64,000 nucleotides of DNA, from positions 1-64,000 of IMG/VR virus record IMGVR_UViG_3300046001_004063; one strand, 5' to 3'. Each line of letters opens with the position of its first letter. Within the stretch, counting starts at the first letter, position 1. The DNA is from a virus. Positions 1-9,506 of this stretch are shown piece by piece. A program made the position numbers and the translations under genes. The notes under the pieces were generated by a model, which saw only the letters and a list, made by a program, of their open reading frames with translations, searched no databases and was not told the DNA's origin.

Positions 1-802
1 AGAAACAGAAATTCTTTTCAACCAACGCAACACAATGTGCTCGGTCGCAGTCGTTGAATGTCATTGCCAATATACCACCTGGGCGTAGTTTATTAAAGAT
101 GTTTCGTAAGTATTGCTCCACCACTTCGAGTGTGGTAAACTCAAAAAAGTTAAATGCAAGACACATGCCAAATTGGTTATCTGGCAGTGTGTCTAGCACG
201 TTGGTTGAACATGGATCTTGTTCGTACACTCGCAGTCGGCGTTGGTACTCTTCTGGAAAAGTACTCAATGCTGGCTGCAATAGTTCTGTGCTGTAGTCAA
301 CAAGGTATAGAGGATCCAGTGCTACCAAGTCACTTATAAATGTTTCAACTCCGGGGCGTATAATTAATCCAGGGTATTTCCAATCAACATAACTCTTAAT
401 GCGGTTAGAAATCATTTGCTGAACGTCTGCAGTCATTGGCATGCGACGATCTAGAATTTGTTGATTGACCTTTTTATTAGTAGGCTCGTCAAGTCGACCA
501 TACCGTGCTACCGCTTCATTGTATAACCTGGTGCTTTCGGCATACTGTGTTTTTTCAGCCGTCTCAATCATGCTGTCTAGTTCGCTTATTAATTCAACCA
601 GTGTAGAACTAAAATAATCAAAAGCAGTTATTACACGAGTTTGATCTTCCTGCAGAGTTTGTGTAAATGCACGTGGCTGTATCACACTGTTCTGTACATT
701 ATACACAATTTCTTCTAGCTTATGCCGTGCAGTATATTGGATGGTGTTAACATCAAACCCTGACAAATGATTGCGGTATGCAACTAATTCACTAAGTTTC
801 AT
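1..802 (-). CDS. SAM-dependent methyltransferase-like protein (partial, runs off window start; not in ORF track)
   Basis: Manual translation from ATG at 802 (MKLSELVAYRNHL...) stays open to base 1; contains ...LAFNFFEF...KLRPGGILAMTFND, typical of a class I MTase C-terminal half. Confidence 0.6.
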   Translation of the reverse strand, partial: MKLSELVAYRNHLSGFDVNTIQYTARHKLEEIVYNVQNSVIQPRAFTQTLQEDQTRVITAFDYFSSTLVELISELDSMIETAEKTQYAESTRLYNEAVARYGRLDEPTNKKVNQQILDRRMPMTADVQQMISNRIKSYVDWKYPGLIIRPGVETFISDLVALDPLYLVDYSTELLQPALSTFPEEYQRRLRVYEQDPCSTNVLDTLPDNQFGMCLAFNFFEFTTLEVVEQYLRNIFNKLRPGGILAMTFNDCDRAHCVALVEKNFCF

Positions 803-805
803 AGA

Positions 806-3463
806 TCACCATTCAAATAAAGTTTGGAATGTATTCTCTGTGTTGGTGGCACTTGCCAAGTCCCAGTCCAGCACACCCAACAAGTTGTCAATTTTTTGAT
901 CCACCACAGTTGCCTCCATCAATCCGTCATCAAATGGCAGTTCTGTGAACCAAGCAGGCAAGCGTTGTTCATCTGTGGGATAACCAATTGACGTCCACCC
1001 AAGAGCATTGCTTTTAAGTTTACACACAATAGTTTTCATACCATCAACAATTTGCATACTGTAGTTGTCGCCGTTCATTTTCCGCATGTTGTTCCAGTTC
1101 ATGGCTGCTCGCACATGCCCTGGCATGTTGGCTTTGCCAAGTCTGGCTTCTTCTGCACCATACTTGGTCAAGTTGTTCACACGCTTGGGCGAACCTTTTT
1201 CCCAGCCCGGACGTTCCATAAACTCATACTTGAATTCTCGGATACGTGCCACAATGGAATCTCTGTCAGCACCATGCAATGTACTATTTAGAATTTCCAA
1301 CAAGAAGTCTTGAATTACCTTGGGTGTGTCACTACGCTTCAAGTCCAGGCCCATGGCCTTGGTCTTGCCCTTCTTGCCTTCCACATCCAATCGCTTGCCT
1401 TCCAAGTCAATGATGTTCACAGCATAGCGTTTCTTTGTGATAAACAATCCACGATCTGCCACCAGTTCTCGACCAGCCGCAATTAATGCACCCATCTCTC
1501 TTGGGCAATGGAATGCCTGTTCCATAAAGCCAGGGAAGCTGGCATTAACTTGCTCGGCAATGGAGTCATACAAGGCAATAGCAATATCCTTGCTCCACTC
1601 CATGCGACCTTCTGCTACTTCTTTCTTCAGCACTGGCCACGCAGTAAAGTAGCAGGAGTCTGTGTCACCATAGATAATGGCTTCACCTGTGTGGTCATAT
1701 ACACCTGTGATGCATTCGTTGATGTGTGCATCCATGTGCCGGGCAATGGCACGACCAGTTAGTGTGGTACTCTGTCCAATACGATGATCAAAGAATCTAC
1801 AACCAGGATTCAAAATAGCACCATACAAACTGTTCAAGTTAATCTTTTTAACCAGCTGTCGCTTGTCCCAGAATGCTTCTTCTTTCTTGTCCTTGGCTGT
1901 TTTCTTTTTGGCCTGCAGTTCTTTGCGTTCTGAATACCAACGTTCCAGCAATCCTGGGATGATACCCTTCTTCTCATAGGTAAGTATTGTACCATTAGCA
2001 CTCATGATCCAAGGCTGATTGCTGTCAAACATGATGGTCCAGATCTCTGCGGCACTGTGTGTGCTTTCTGTGCCATCTTGCCAGTCAATGGTGATCTCTG
2101 TGCCACGTTGCTGTTCCATCACCGCAGTGTATTCTAAACTGCCAAACAGGCCCTCCCAAGCAGCCGCAAAACTTGCGCCTTTGGCAATCTTTTCTTTGAT
2201 GTAGTGATCAGTCATGATGGGACGCAGTTGTCCTACCACAGTCTCCGGTCCCATGTTCATGGCACGAATGGCCGACGGATACAGACTGTTGATGTCGACA
2301 GATCCAATCCAGTCATGCAGGCCTTTCTTGGGGTACGCAACATACGCACCCGCCGCCTGTGTGTCGTCGTCTGTGAGACGTTGCTTGCGATTAGGAACCA
2401 CCATTCCACGTTCATGTGCTTCATTGATAATGGCCTGTTCAGTCACTGCCACAGCACCCATTGTGGTTTGTAGTAGCACAGTATTGGCGTGTGCCAGTTC
2501 GCTTGCCAATGATAAAAACTGTAGTTTGCGATCCAGTTTATGCAACAACAGCGTATCTTGTCTGTTGTATTCAATAAACTTTTTAAAGTGTTGGTTGTAC
2601 AAAGCATCCAACGTGCCTTCAAACTGGGTCTTACGCTCATTGAGTTCATACTCACCAATAGCATCCAGGCTATAGCTATGGCGTTCTTCATATGTGTACT
2701 TGCGATACAGTTGCATATAGTCCATATGTACACGACCAATCAAGTCATATGTTTGGCTTTCACTGCCAAAGCGTTCAAACATACGCATCTTGGGCAGTTG
2801 TCCCCACAGACAGAACTTGCGTGTGTCGTCTTTGCTCAGCACACGAGTGCAACGATTCACAGTGTAAGGGATATCATATCCCTCTGAGTTCCAGCCACTC
2901 AGCACGTCTGCATCTTCGATCAAGTCCAGGAATGTTTTGATCATGTCCTCTTCTCGTTCAAACAAGATGGTATTTTCAAAGTCCTTCACAAGATCTTGTG
3001 CAGTTGCCCACGATAAGCCTTTGGGCGGAACTGCCAGTGTAACCAATTGATCCAACCAGTTTAGATAGACTGAGATTGCAGTGATGGGGTTGAATGGATC
3101 ATCCACAGGCGAGAAACCTCGCTCTTTGTCAAAGTCTACCTCAATGTCGAAAAATGCAACATTGAGTTCCGGGGCGTCTTGGTCTTTGTAGTTTTCTTCT
3201 AAGCAACGAAAGATAGGGTTAATATCACTCTCATACAATTGCTTGCTGGAGTGCATGCGAACTTCCTTGCGGAACTCTTTGTTGTTGCGTGTGCTGAAGC
3301 GACTGACAGGTGTTCCATAGATACTTTGGAACTTGCCTCTGGCATCGTCGTAATAGAAGATGTAGTTGGCAGGATACTCTTGGTATTTCCTCACGCCGTC
3401 TCGGCGTTCTACAACGTGAATGCGATCGTGTTCACGATCAAATAGTGCGTCAATATAACTCAT
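806..3463 (-). CDS. Family B DNA polymerase (T4 gp43-like) with 3'-5' exonuclease
   Basis: ExoI FFDIEVD, ExoII WNSEGYD, motif A DINSLYPS, motif B KKINLNSLYG, motif C YGDTDS, KKRY. Confidence 0.97.
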   Translation of the reverse strand: MSYIDALFDREHDRIHVVERRDGVRKYQEYPANYIFYYDDARGKFQSIYGTPVSRFSTRNNKEFRKEVRMHSSKQLYESDINPIFRCLEENYKDQDAPELNVAFFDIEVDFDKERGFSPVDDPFNPITAISVYLNWLDQLVTLAVPPKGLSWATAQDLVKDFENTILFEREEDMIKTFLDLIEDADVLSGWNSEGYDIPYTVNRCTRVLSKDDTRKFCLWGQLPKMRMFERFGSESQTYDLIGRVHMDYMQLYRKYTYEERHSYSLDAIGEYELNERKTQFEGTLDALYNQHFKKFIEYNRQDTLLLHKLDRKLQFLSLASELAHANTVLLQTTMGAVAVTEQAIINEAHERGMVVPNRKQRLTDDDTQAAGAYVAYPKKGLHDWIGSVDINSLYPSAIRAMNMGPETVVGQLRPIMTDHYIKEKIAKGASFAAAWEGLFGSLEYTAVMEQQRGTEITIDWQDGTESTHSAAEIWTIMFDSNQPWIMSANGTILTYEKKGIIPGLLERWYSERKELQAKKKTAKDKKEEAFWDKRQLVKKINLNSLYGAILNPGCRFFDHRIGQSTTLTGRAIARHMDAHINECITGVYDHTGEAIIYGDTDSCYFTAWPVLKKEVAEGRMEWSKDIAIALYDSIAEQVNASFPGFMEQAFHCPREMGALIAAGRELVADRGLFITKKRYAVNIIDLEGKRLDVEGKKGKTKAMGLDLKRSDTPKVIQDFLLEILNSTLHGADRDSIVARIREFKYEFMERPGWEKGSPKRVNNLTKYGAEEARLGKANMPGHVRAAMNWNNMRKMNGDNYSMQIVDGMKTIVCKLKSNALGWTSIGYPTDEQRLPAWFTELPFDDGLMEATVVDQKIDNLLGVLDWDLASATNTENTFQTLFEW

Positions 3464-3535
3464 AGTCTCCGTTTGTGGCCGGTAAGCCGTGATTCATGTT
3501 CCTTACGGGAACGACTCGCTGTTGTAAAACAGTAC
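3464..3535 (-). promoter_or_regulatory. Structured 5' leader of DNA polymerase gene (candidate translational operator)
   Basis: Minus-strand hairpins CTGTT-ttac-AACAG, GTTCC-cgtaa-GGAAC and GGC-ttaccg-GCC in front of SD GGAG; TAAGTA just upstream (3533-3538). Confidence 0.5.
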
Positions 3536-3799
3536 TTATAGAGTTTTGCCAACAGTCTCAAGAATTGTTTCCAGTGTTTCGTGGTCTTGTTTTTCTTTGC
3601 CAAATTCAGCTTTGTGTGCCAATTTAATAGCCTTCTTTAAAATGGCAGGCTTGACTTCTAGTTCCTCAGCAATGGCTTTGATGGTGTCGTTAAGACCACC
3701 CTGAAGTGTGTCAATCTCGTGCATGACCTGCATGCCCTCGTTGATGATTTGAACGAGTTTGATCTTTTGATCGCCGTTGAATGATTTGGGTTGTGACAT
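3536..3799 (-). CDS. Small dsDNA-binding protein, T4 DsbA/GapR-like
   Basis: 87 aa helical protein, pattern IKAIAEELEVKPAILKKAIKLAHK; size and pattern resemble T4 DsbA; SD AAGGAG. Confidence 0.55.
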   Translation of the reverse strand: MSQPKSFNGDQKIKLVQIINEGMQVMHEIDTLQGGLNDTIKAIAEELEVKPAILKKAIKLAHKAEFGKEKQDHETLETILETVGKTL

Positions 3800-3818
3800 A
3801 AAATGCTCCTTGTTTTCT

Positions 3819-3847
3819 ATTATATACTTGTTCTAGCGCAAAGTCAA
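3819..3847 (-). promoter_or_regulatory. Sigma70-type promoter
   Basis: TTGACT-17nt-TATAAT upstream of the 3799 start. Confidence 0.8.
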
Positions 3848-3884
3848 ATATTGTTTGGCTCAAGATTACCAAATAAATATCTGC

Positions 3885-4766
3885 ATGCCAAAAATATATG
3901 TAGAAATAAACCAAGCAATTGATTTTAACATTGATATTTACAATACCCCAATTGGTGAACAGTTCTTTAATCAGCATGTGGAAATTACCAAACAAGATCC
4001 GGTTCGTGCAGTGCCTGTTGTTACAGATTTTACCAAATACACAATTAACTATTTTATAAAATTAATCGAAGAAGCACGTGACACCAATGCAGTAGACTGG
4101 TCTATGTACAATATTCAAGCCGGTCCGGAACATTACGAGTCTAACCAGTTGCATTTTAATTCAATGCATAAAGATTTAGAAGTAACAGCAGGAATTAACA
4201 AGTATGCTGGACTTGATAAAGAACAAATAAAATTAGTTGACGAGCTACATTGTTGCCTGCACAGTTTAGAAACCACTGAAGCCCCTCTTGATTACAATTT
4301 TACAGGACGGTCGTTCGCTAACATTAGTTATTTTATCAATGGCCCAACAGACAATCAAATGCCCGAGCTTGTAAAATTTGCCAGAGTAATCAAACCGGGC
4401 GAAGTACAGTTAGATTACCCGTATGTAGGTAAAGAACCATTCTTTTGCATGATGCACAATGATAATTCTATGCTACAACAAACTTGTAAAATGATTGATC
4501 GTATCAGCCTTAATTGGAAATTACATCTCAACAATTTCAATGGTACCAACTGGGGGCCATCGCCGTGGCCCGATGATGTGGATGCCGCACTCACTGAGTG
4601 GTACTATGCAAATCAACCTGATCTAACAATGTTAGGATACAGTTTAGAAAAAATAATAGACCATACTGGATTTTGTATCCCGGGTAGAATTGACAATCTG
4701 TCCAAACTTGAGTACATGAGAAACACTCCAAACATCCAGATCACTGGGTACCAACTTATTAATTAA
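3885..4766 (+). CDS. Hypothetical protein (start moved to ATG 3885)
   Basis: Long ORF; TAAATA at 3874-3879 lies 5 nt before ATG 3885; motifs DELHCCLH and YPYVGKE. Confidence 0.7.
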   Translation: MPKIYVEINQAIDFNIDIYNTPIGEQFFNQHVEITKQDPVRAVPVVTDFTKYTINYFIKLIEEARDTNAVDWSMYNIQAGPEHYESNQLHFNSMHKDLEVTAGINKYAGLDKEQIKLVDELHCCLHSLETTEAPLDYNFTGRSFANISYFINGPTDNQMPELVKFARVIKPGEVQLDYPYVGKEPFFCMMHNDNSMLQQTCKMIDRISLNWKLHLNNFNGTNWGPSPWPDDVDAALTEWYYANQPDLTMLGYSLEKIIDHTGFCIPGRIDNLSKLEYMRNTPNIQITGYQLIN

Positions 4767-4768
4767 TC

Positions 4769-6139
4769 ATGAATAAAGATTTTCCAAACATTGCAGTAGT
4801 ACTGTACGACAATTTAAAACCTGAATGTGTTGATATTGCGCAAAACTTAATTGACTTGACTGAGTTTAAACTGTGCGGGCGATATCAGTTTAATCTATAT
4901 CAAACAAAAATACTCACGGAAGAATTAAAAAAACTGGCCGAGCAAGGGTACGAATGGGCCGGCGTAGTTGCCGCTGGAAACTTCTTGCAAAATCAGACAT
5001 TGGTAATTGACACAATCGAACATGCTAAATTAGAAAATGCACCAATGGCCTGTCACATATTGGATCGTGGCGGCTACTATCATTTACACCCACAATGGTT
5101 TGCACTTGATTTACGGGCATGGACGGCAGTTGGTCAACCTGCATTCGAAGAACAGTCTGGCCCGGTCACGTTTACCACACGTAAAACACGTCGTGACACC
5201 AATAATGCACACAATGATTATACTCCTTGGTGGGTAGCACCCGAGTCAGAAGAGTTGGTAGAATACACTAGCGATTATCAATACACCGGCATCAATGTTA
5301 TTGCTGAGTTTATCCGTGCTGGGCACCGCATAACTAATATTCCCAATGAAATCAGACAGAAGAAAAATTATTGCTATCCTGATCATGGACATGACGATAT
5401 TGTAAAACTGATTGCTGATAAAAATCACGAGCCCCAGGACGAAGCACTTTGGTGGTTTGGATTTGCTATGCGGCAAATTACCAAAAACTTGGACACTGGT
5501 TATTATGTGTTGAACACCGAAACATTGATTGATCCGCAAGAGATGAAACGTCAGCCGCTTGATTGTTTTGTTGGGGTATGTGGCGGACTCAAGCCTGCTT
5601 GTATAACTGGCAATGATAATTTTGTTGCCAACACCAGTGTGTATCTATTTGATATCAGCCGAGCGGCAATAGAGTGGCAACAGTATCTGTTGGCAGAGTG
5701 GAACGGTGATTTTGATGTGTTTGAAAGTGTCTGGCATAAATTTCAATCAGCTCATCCAGACTATGGTCCTATGTATCACAGTCATCAGTCAATCGCTGAC
5801 AACATAGATTGGTTCTTGAACAATGCCGGATTGACAAGAGCTGATTTTTGCGCAAGATGGATCAAGTATTGTGGCATGACACACACATTTGTACACCTTG
5901 ACCTTATGGACGCTGATGCCACTGCAAAAATACTAGAGATAACCAATCAATCTGCATTGGGATCCTATTTGTGGACCAGCAATGCATTTGTCATGGACTA
6001 TCTGATGTTTTTTAAAACTCGGGCTTGGGCATTGAACAAGACTCAGAGCTTTATCAACGAACTTGCTGCCAATACTGCACAACCTATTTTGTTAGAGAAT
6101 CAAGGTTCTCTTAAACACATATTACCCAATGTGCAGTAG
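4769..6139 (+). CDS. Hypothetical protein (possible glycosyltransferase-like N-terminal and MTase-like C-terminal parts)
   Basis: 456 aa ORF directly after the preceding gene; CHILDRGGYYHLHPQW; VGVCGG...LFDIS resembles a Rossmann SAM-binding strand pattern. Confidence 0.6.
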   Translation: MNKDFPNIAVVLYDNLKPECVDIAQNLIDLTEFKLCGRYQFNLYQTKILTEELKKLAEQGYEWAGVVAAGNFLQNQTLVIDTIEHAKLENAPMACHILDRGGYYHLHPQWFALDLRAWTAVGQPAFEEQSGPVTFTTRKTRRDTNNAHNDYTPWWVAPESEELVEYTSDYQYTGINVIAEFIRAGHRITNIPNEIRQKKNYCYPDHGHDDIVKLIADKNHEPQDEALWWFGFAMRQITKNLDTGYYVLNTETLIDPQEMKRQPLDCFVGVCGGLKPACITGNDNFVANTSVYLFDISRAAIEWQQYLLAEWNGDFDVFESVWHKFQSAHPDYGPMYHSHQSIADNIDWFLNNAGLTRADFCARWIKYCGMTHTFVHLDLMDADATAKILEITNQSALGSYLWTSNAFVMDYLMFFKTRAWALNKTQSFINELAANTAQPILLENQGSLKHILPNVQ

Positions 6140-6787
6140 AATGATGTCTTTTTGATCAACCAACCGATGCTGTACCCAGTTGGAACTGCAATGTACATGT
6201 GTGCGATCAAACATGCCAATTGACCCCAGCTGGTAGTTGTACACACCGTCCAACAGCCAGGTGTCCACAATAGACGGAGTTCCTGCCCAGCAATGATTGA
6301 CTTCCTGAGTCTGACTGACAGTGCTTATAACAGGAAATCGACTGTTGTCGGCAATAAATTCTCTGAAGTATTGCTGTAGGTCATCATTGGTCAAGAATGC
6401 CCGATCCCATATTACAGTTTTAAACACCCCGTTGATGTTTTCATCTAATGGAATGATTGCACTTTTGGCATAATTTAGATCTGTGGTAGGGTATACACCG
6501 TCAACATGCAGTTGGTGCGGCAAGTATTGTCGCTGATAGGCCATGTAAAAGAATGTACCGCGTGGCACGTATCTATATAAAATATCGCCCATTCGCCGAA
6601 ATGCTTCATCGCCCGGTTGCAATATGTGTCTGCGATCAATGTTTGTAATTTCCTGTCCATAGATACGCAGTGAATCTTCAACACTGTAAGGACGATCCAC
6701 TGGATCAACATCAATAAGTGCTGCCAGGTCAGATTTAAACCACACAATGTCGTCGGCAGTTAGTGCGTTTTCAAAAGTTTCAACCAT
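6122..6787 (-). CDS. Putative 2OG-Fe(II) oxygenase/cupin-fold protein
   Basis: HVD ... IIPL ... FDRTHVHCS, an HxD...H facial-triad pattern. Confidence 0.55.
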   Translation of the reverse strand: MVETFENALTADDIVWFKSDLAALIDVDPVDRPYSVEDSLRIYGQEITNIDRRHILQPGDEAFRRMGDILYRYVPRGTFFYMAYQRQYLPHQLHVDGVYPTTDLNYAKSAIIPLDENINGVFKTVIWDRAFLTNDDLQQYFREFIADNSRFPVISTVSQTQEVNHCWAGTPSIVDTWLLDGVYNYQLGSIGMFDRTHVHCSSNWVQHRLVDQKDIILLHIG

Positions 6788-7493
6788 TTTTTATCGCCTC
6801 TCGATAGCTGTTTACAACCAAGTGATTCCACTCTGGGTTACGCCATGCGCCGTGTACAATCATGTGGAATCGATCAGTATCACTGTTGTTATGTACTGCA
6901 TGCTGATAGTGGTTGTTGAACAAAAATATGCTGCCGCTATTTCTAAAAGGCACAGTGCCATGTATGTTGGTTAGTCTGCAATTATCAGGATTGTTTAGAG
7001 AAATGTTTACAGCGGCACCAGGCGTGTTGTTTACATTGTCGCTATGCGGTGCAATGTATCCTCCAGGTTCAACCAACATGTATCGCAGTCGTTGATACTG
7101 ATTGTACGGAAATACTTCTTTAAAAAATTTCACAGTAACCGGGCACTGATCTTGTATTTCAGTCCAGTTGTACTTGACTTTGTCAGGATCTAGGCCATAT
7201 GTCTGCGGAACATTAGTCATTGTAGCACTTATGCCATGTATGGCCAAACTACGCCAGCCCTTCATTCCTGCTTCTTCGCCGCGATGGAATACAAACATGT
7301 CTCGCAAGGCCTGTGCTTCTTGGTACATTTCTGCGTAGGGTGCGTCAATGCCTAGGATTTCCAACCACGGTGCTTGACTGTGTTTTAAAATCCAATCAGC
7401 CTGGAAATGCACATCGCCTTCTGGAAGTGGCAACAACTCGAATGTATTCTTATCATTGTGTTGATCTAAAAATTCTTTAATCCACTGTTCCAT
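6780..7493 (-). CDS. Aspartyl/asparaginyl beta-hydroxylase-like 2OG-Fe(II) oxygenase
   Basis: RYMLVEPGGYIAPHSD ... HAVHNNSDTDRFHMIV. Confidence 0.8.
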   Translation of the reverse strand: MEQWIKEFLDQHNDKNTFELLPLPEGDVHFQADWILKHSQAPWLEILGIDAPYAEMYQEAQALRDMFVFHRGEEAGMKGWRSLAIHGISATMTNVPQTYGLDPDKVKYNWTEIQDQCPVTVKFFKEVFPYNQYQRLRYMLVEPGGYIAPHSDNVNNTPGAAVNISLNNPDNCRLTNIHGTVPFRNSGSIFLFNNHYQHAVHNNSDTDRFHMIVHGAWRNPEWNHLVVNSYREAIKNG

Positions 7494-8544
7494 TGCTTAT
7501 TTCCTTGTTGTTTAACACTTGTCTTTCCCAGTGTTGATACTTTCTACCACAATGAGAATCACACAAGATTAATCTGCCATCTTTGTATTTTTCTATTTTC
7601 CAACGTTCTTCAATTTGATTGAACCATTCTGTTGCAGCCTCTAGACCTATTTCAAGTGCATTGTTGTTGACATGGTCTACAATGGTCTTTAGTTGAGTGT
7701 GTACTAGGTCATACCAAGGTCCATCCATAAATGTTCGGGGGAACGCACCAAGATAACAGCAAGGATACACTTCTCCATTGGCAGCAACAAAAATAGTTTC
7801 ACTGCGGTTGCTATAACAGTCTAATGTTTCTTTTTCTTCTGGCGGCAGCCGCGGAGTTGTATGGTGTTGCCATTGTATTATTTGATCAATAGTTCGTGGT
7901 CCATTACGGTCGTCGACGATGCCTAAGATATGCGTCATATTTCCTTGGCGATCAAACGCCGGTCCCCAGTCTCTGCCGTGATCAGTAAGATCAAATCTAT
8001 AAAATCCCAAAGTTTTAGCCATTTCACGACAAGCATCAATTTGATGCAGGTTGTGTCGAAATTTGATCATCTTCCACACAGCACGACTGCCCGTGGTCAT
8101 CACAGTCTCTGCATTACGAATGATATTTTGCCAATGGGTGTCTACTCTATACATAGCATGAGTGTCTTCGAGTCCGTCTAAATCAAATATTACTTCAACA
8201 TTGCATTTAGCAATACGTGTCCAAAATTCGCGATCTCTTGCACTGCCATTGGTGTTGATTGTAATTTTGGTAGAAGGATTGACGCTACGTAAATACTCAA
8301 CAATTTCCACAGCGTCTGGCGCCATTACAAAGTCGCCAAAATTACCGCAAAAATCAATGAGCCGCAATTGGCGAATAAAATCAACAGAAAATATCTGTTT
8401 GACTTGTTCCAGCGATAATGACGTTTCGGGATACCCAAAGTTGTGTGGATATCCGTTTGCGTTCCTTACACACAACGGGCATCGTGCGTTGCAAAGTGTC
8501 GTGAGTTCTAGGTGTATCTCTTTAACATTATCGATGGTGATCAT
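7477..8544 (-). CDS. Radical SAM protein with SPASM/twitch domain
   Basis: CNARCPLC (CxxxCxxC), NTNGS, C-terminal C...ANGEVYPCC...C. Confidence 0.9.
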   Translation of the reverse strand: MITIDNVKEIHLELTTLCNARCPLCVRNANGYPHNFGYPETSLSLEQVKQIFSVDFIRQLRLIDFCGNFGDFVMAPDAVEIVEYLRSVNPSTKITINTNGSARDREFWTRIAKCNVEVIFDLDGLEDTHAMYRVDTHWQNIIRNAETVMTTGSRAVWKMIKFRHNLHQIDACREMAKTLGFYRFDLTDHGRDWGPAFDRQGNMTHILGIVDDRNGPRTIDQIIQWQHHTTPRLPPEEKETLDCYSNRSETIFVAANGEVYPCCYLGAFPRTFMDGPWYDLVHTQLKTIVDHVNNNALEIGLEAATEWFNQIEERWKIEKYKDGRLILCDSHCGRKYQHWERQVLNNKEISNGTVD

Positions 8545-8552
8545 GATGTATA

Positions 8553-8650
8553 TAGCTCACTTTTGGATTCCCGGTAGCGAATCGGGCCGTCCAAGGCAGC
8601 AGCCGCCTCACACTTGAGTCAGTAACAAGTACTGGTCCTAAGGTAGTGTG
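8553..8650 (-). ncRNA. Candidate structured cis-regulatory RNA (riboswitch-like, family not identified)
   Basis: GC-rich island with nested stems CACACT/AGTGTG, CAGTA/TACTG, GGCG/TGCC, TTGGA/TCCAA, CCCG/CGGG; loop TTCGCT complementary to 3' AGTGAG (pseudoknot). Confidence 0.55.
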
Positions 8651-9498
8651 ATCAGAGGTTCATTATGATATTTAACTATTGTTTGACAAGTTACCTTTTT
8701 TATTGAATCTAAATCAAGATTTAAAAAATTATCAAAACTGATATCAGCATATTTTTCTATTAGACGAATGTTTGCCAGTTTATATGCGTGTATCACGTCA
8801 ATTAATTCATAGTTAGGAGTTATATTTGCCCAAGAGCACAGTTCTGTGTACACTTGTTTTGTATCACCAAAATATAATTCATCTACATTGAACAACTTGG
8901 TACTGTTAAACATTAAATATTCTGCGTAGACACGTTTTCTTCTGCTTTCAAGTGCATCAATATTAATTTCTTTCCACGAGTCTAATGTTGTTGACAAATG
9001 ATTTAAAAAATCGGGCACACAGCCGGCAACAGAAAATGCTTCTGCTTCGTACCAATAATAAAAATTCCTATTAATTGCTTGTTTGAAATTGTCCCAAGTA
9101 TTATTTTCTAACATTAGCGTTTTAATTCCGCTAGGAGTATTAACATTAAGTTTGAAGTATGTGGTCTTGAGTAAAAAAAGAATTGAATAATAAAAATGAT
9201 ACTTTGTCGAAACATCTGCAATAAACAAATTTGCCTGCCCTGTACGTAAAATTTCATTTAATGAAGGAGACAACTTAGGATGAACAGGTACAAATAACAA
9301 TTGATCACTGCCGTCAGAATCAATTTGCCATTGGGCATGTTCTTTGAGACTTACGGCAGCATATTTGTTATTTGGTAATTGTTTTATGTCAACTGTGGCG
9401 CACTCTTGGTGATGATTGAAAAGATAACTTAAAAACTCTCCGCCTTGCCCGCCAATGTACATTATCAACTGTAATTTGTTAGGTTGAACGCAAATCAT
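8638..9498 (-). CDS. Hypothetical protein, possible P-loop/sulfotransferase-like fold
   Basis: AT-rich ORF; N-terminal IMYIGGQGGEFL resembles the start of 46999..47868. Confidence 0.55.
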   Translation of the reverse strand: MICVQPNKLQLIMYIGGQGGEFLSYLFNHHQECATVDIKQLPNNKYAAVSLKEHAQWQIDSDGSDQLLFVPVHPKLSPSLNEILRTGQANLFIADVSTKYHFYYSILFLLKTTYFKLNVNTPSGIKTLMLENNTWDNFKQAINRNFYYWYEAEAFSVAGCVPDFLNHLSTTLDSWKEINIDALESRRKRVYAEYLMFNSTKLFNVDELYFGDTKQVYTELCSWANITPNYELIDVIHAYKLANIRLIEKYADISFDNFLNLDLDSIKKVTCQTIVKYHNEPLITLP

Positions 9499-9506
9499 CT
9501 AATACA

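Noticed and set aside
806-3463. Intein or intron in DNA polymerase (also checked ClpA, clamp loader, PhoH)
   Set aside because: Lengths and motif spacing are normal; no intein termini seen
8553-8650. tRNA or known SAM riboswitch/twister ribozyme
   Set aside because: No cloverleaf/TTCG-arm geometry, and no match to the consensus cores I can recall; kept as an unassigned structured RNA
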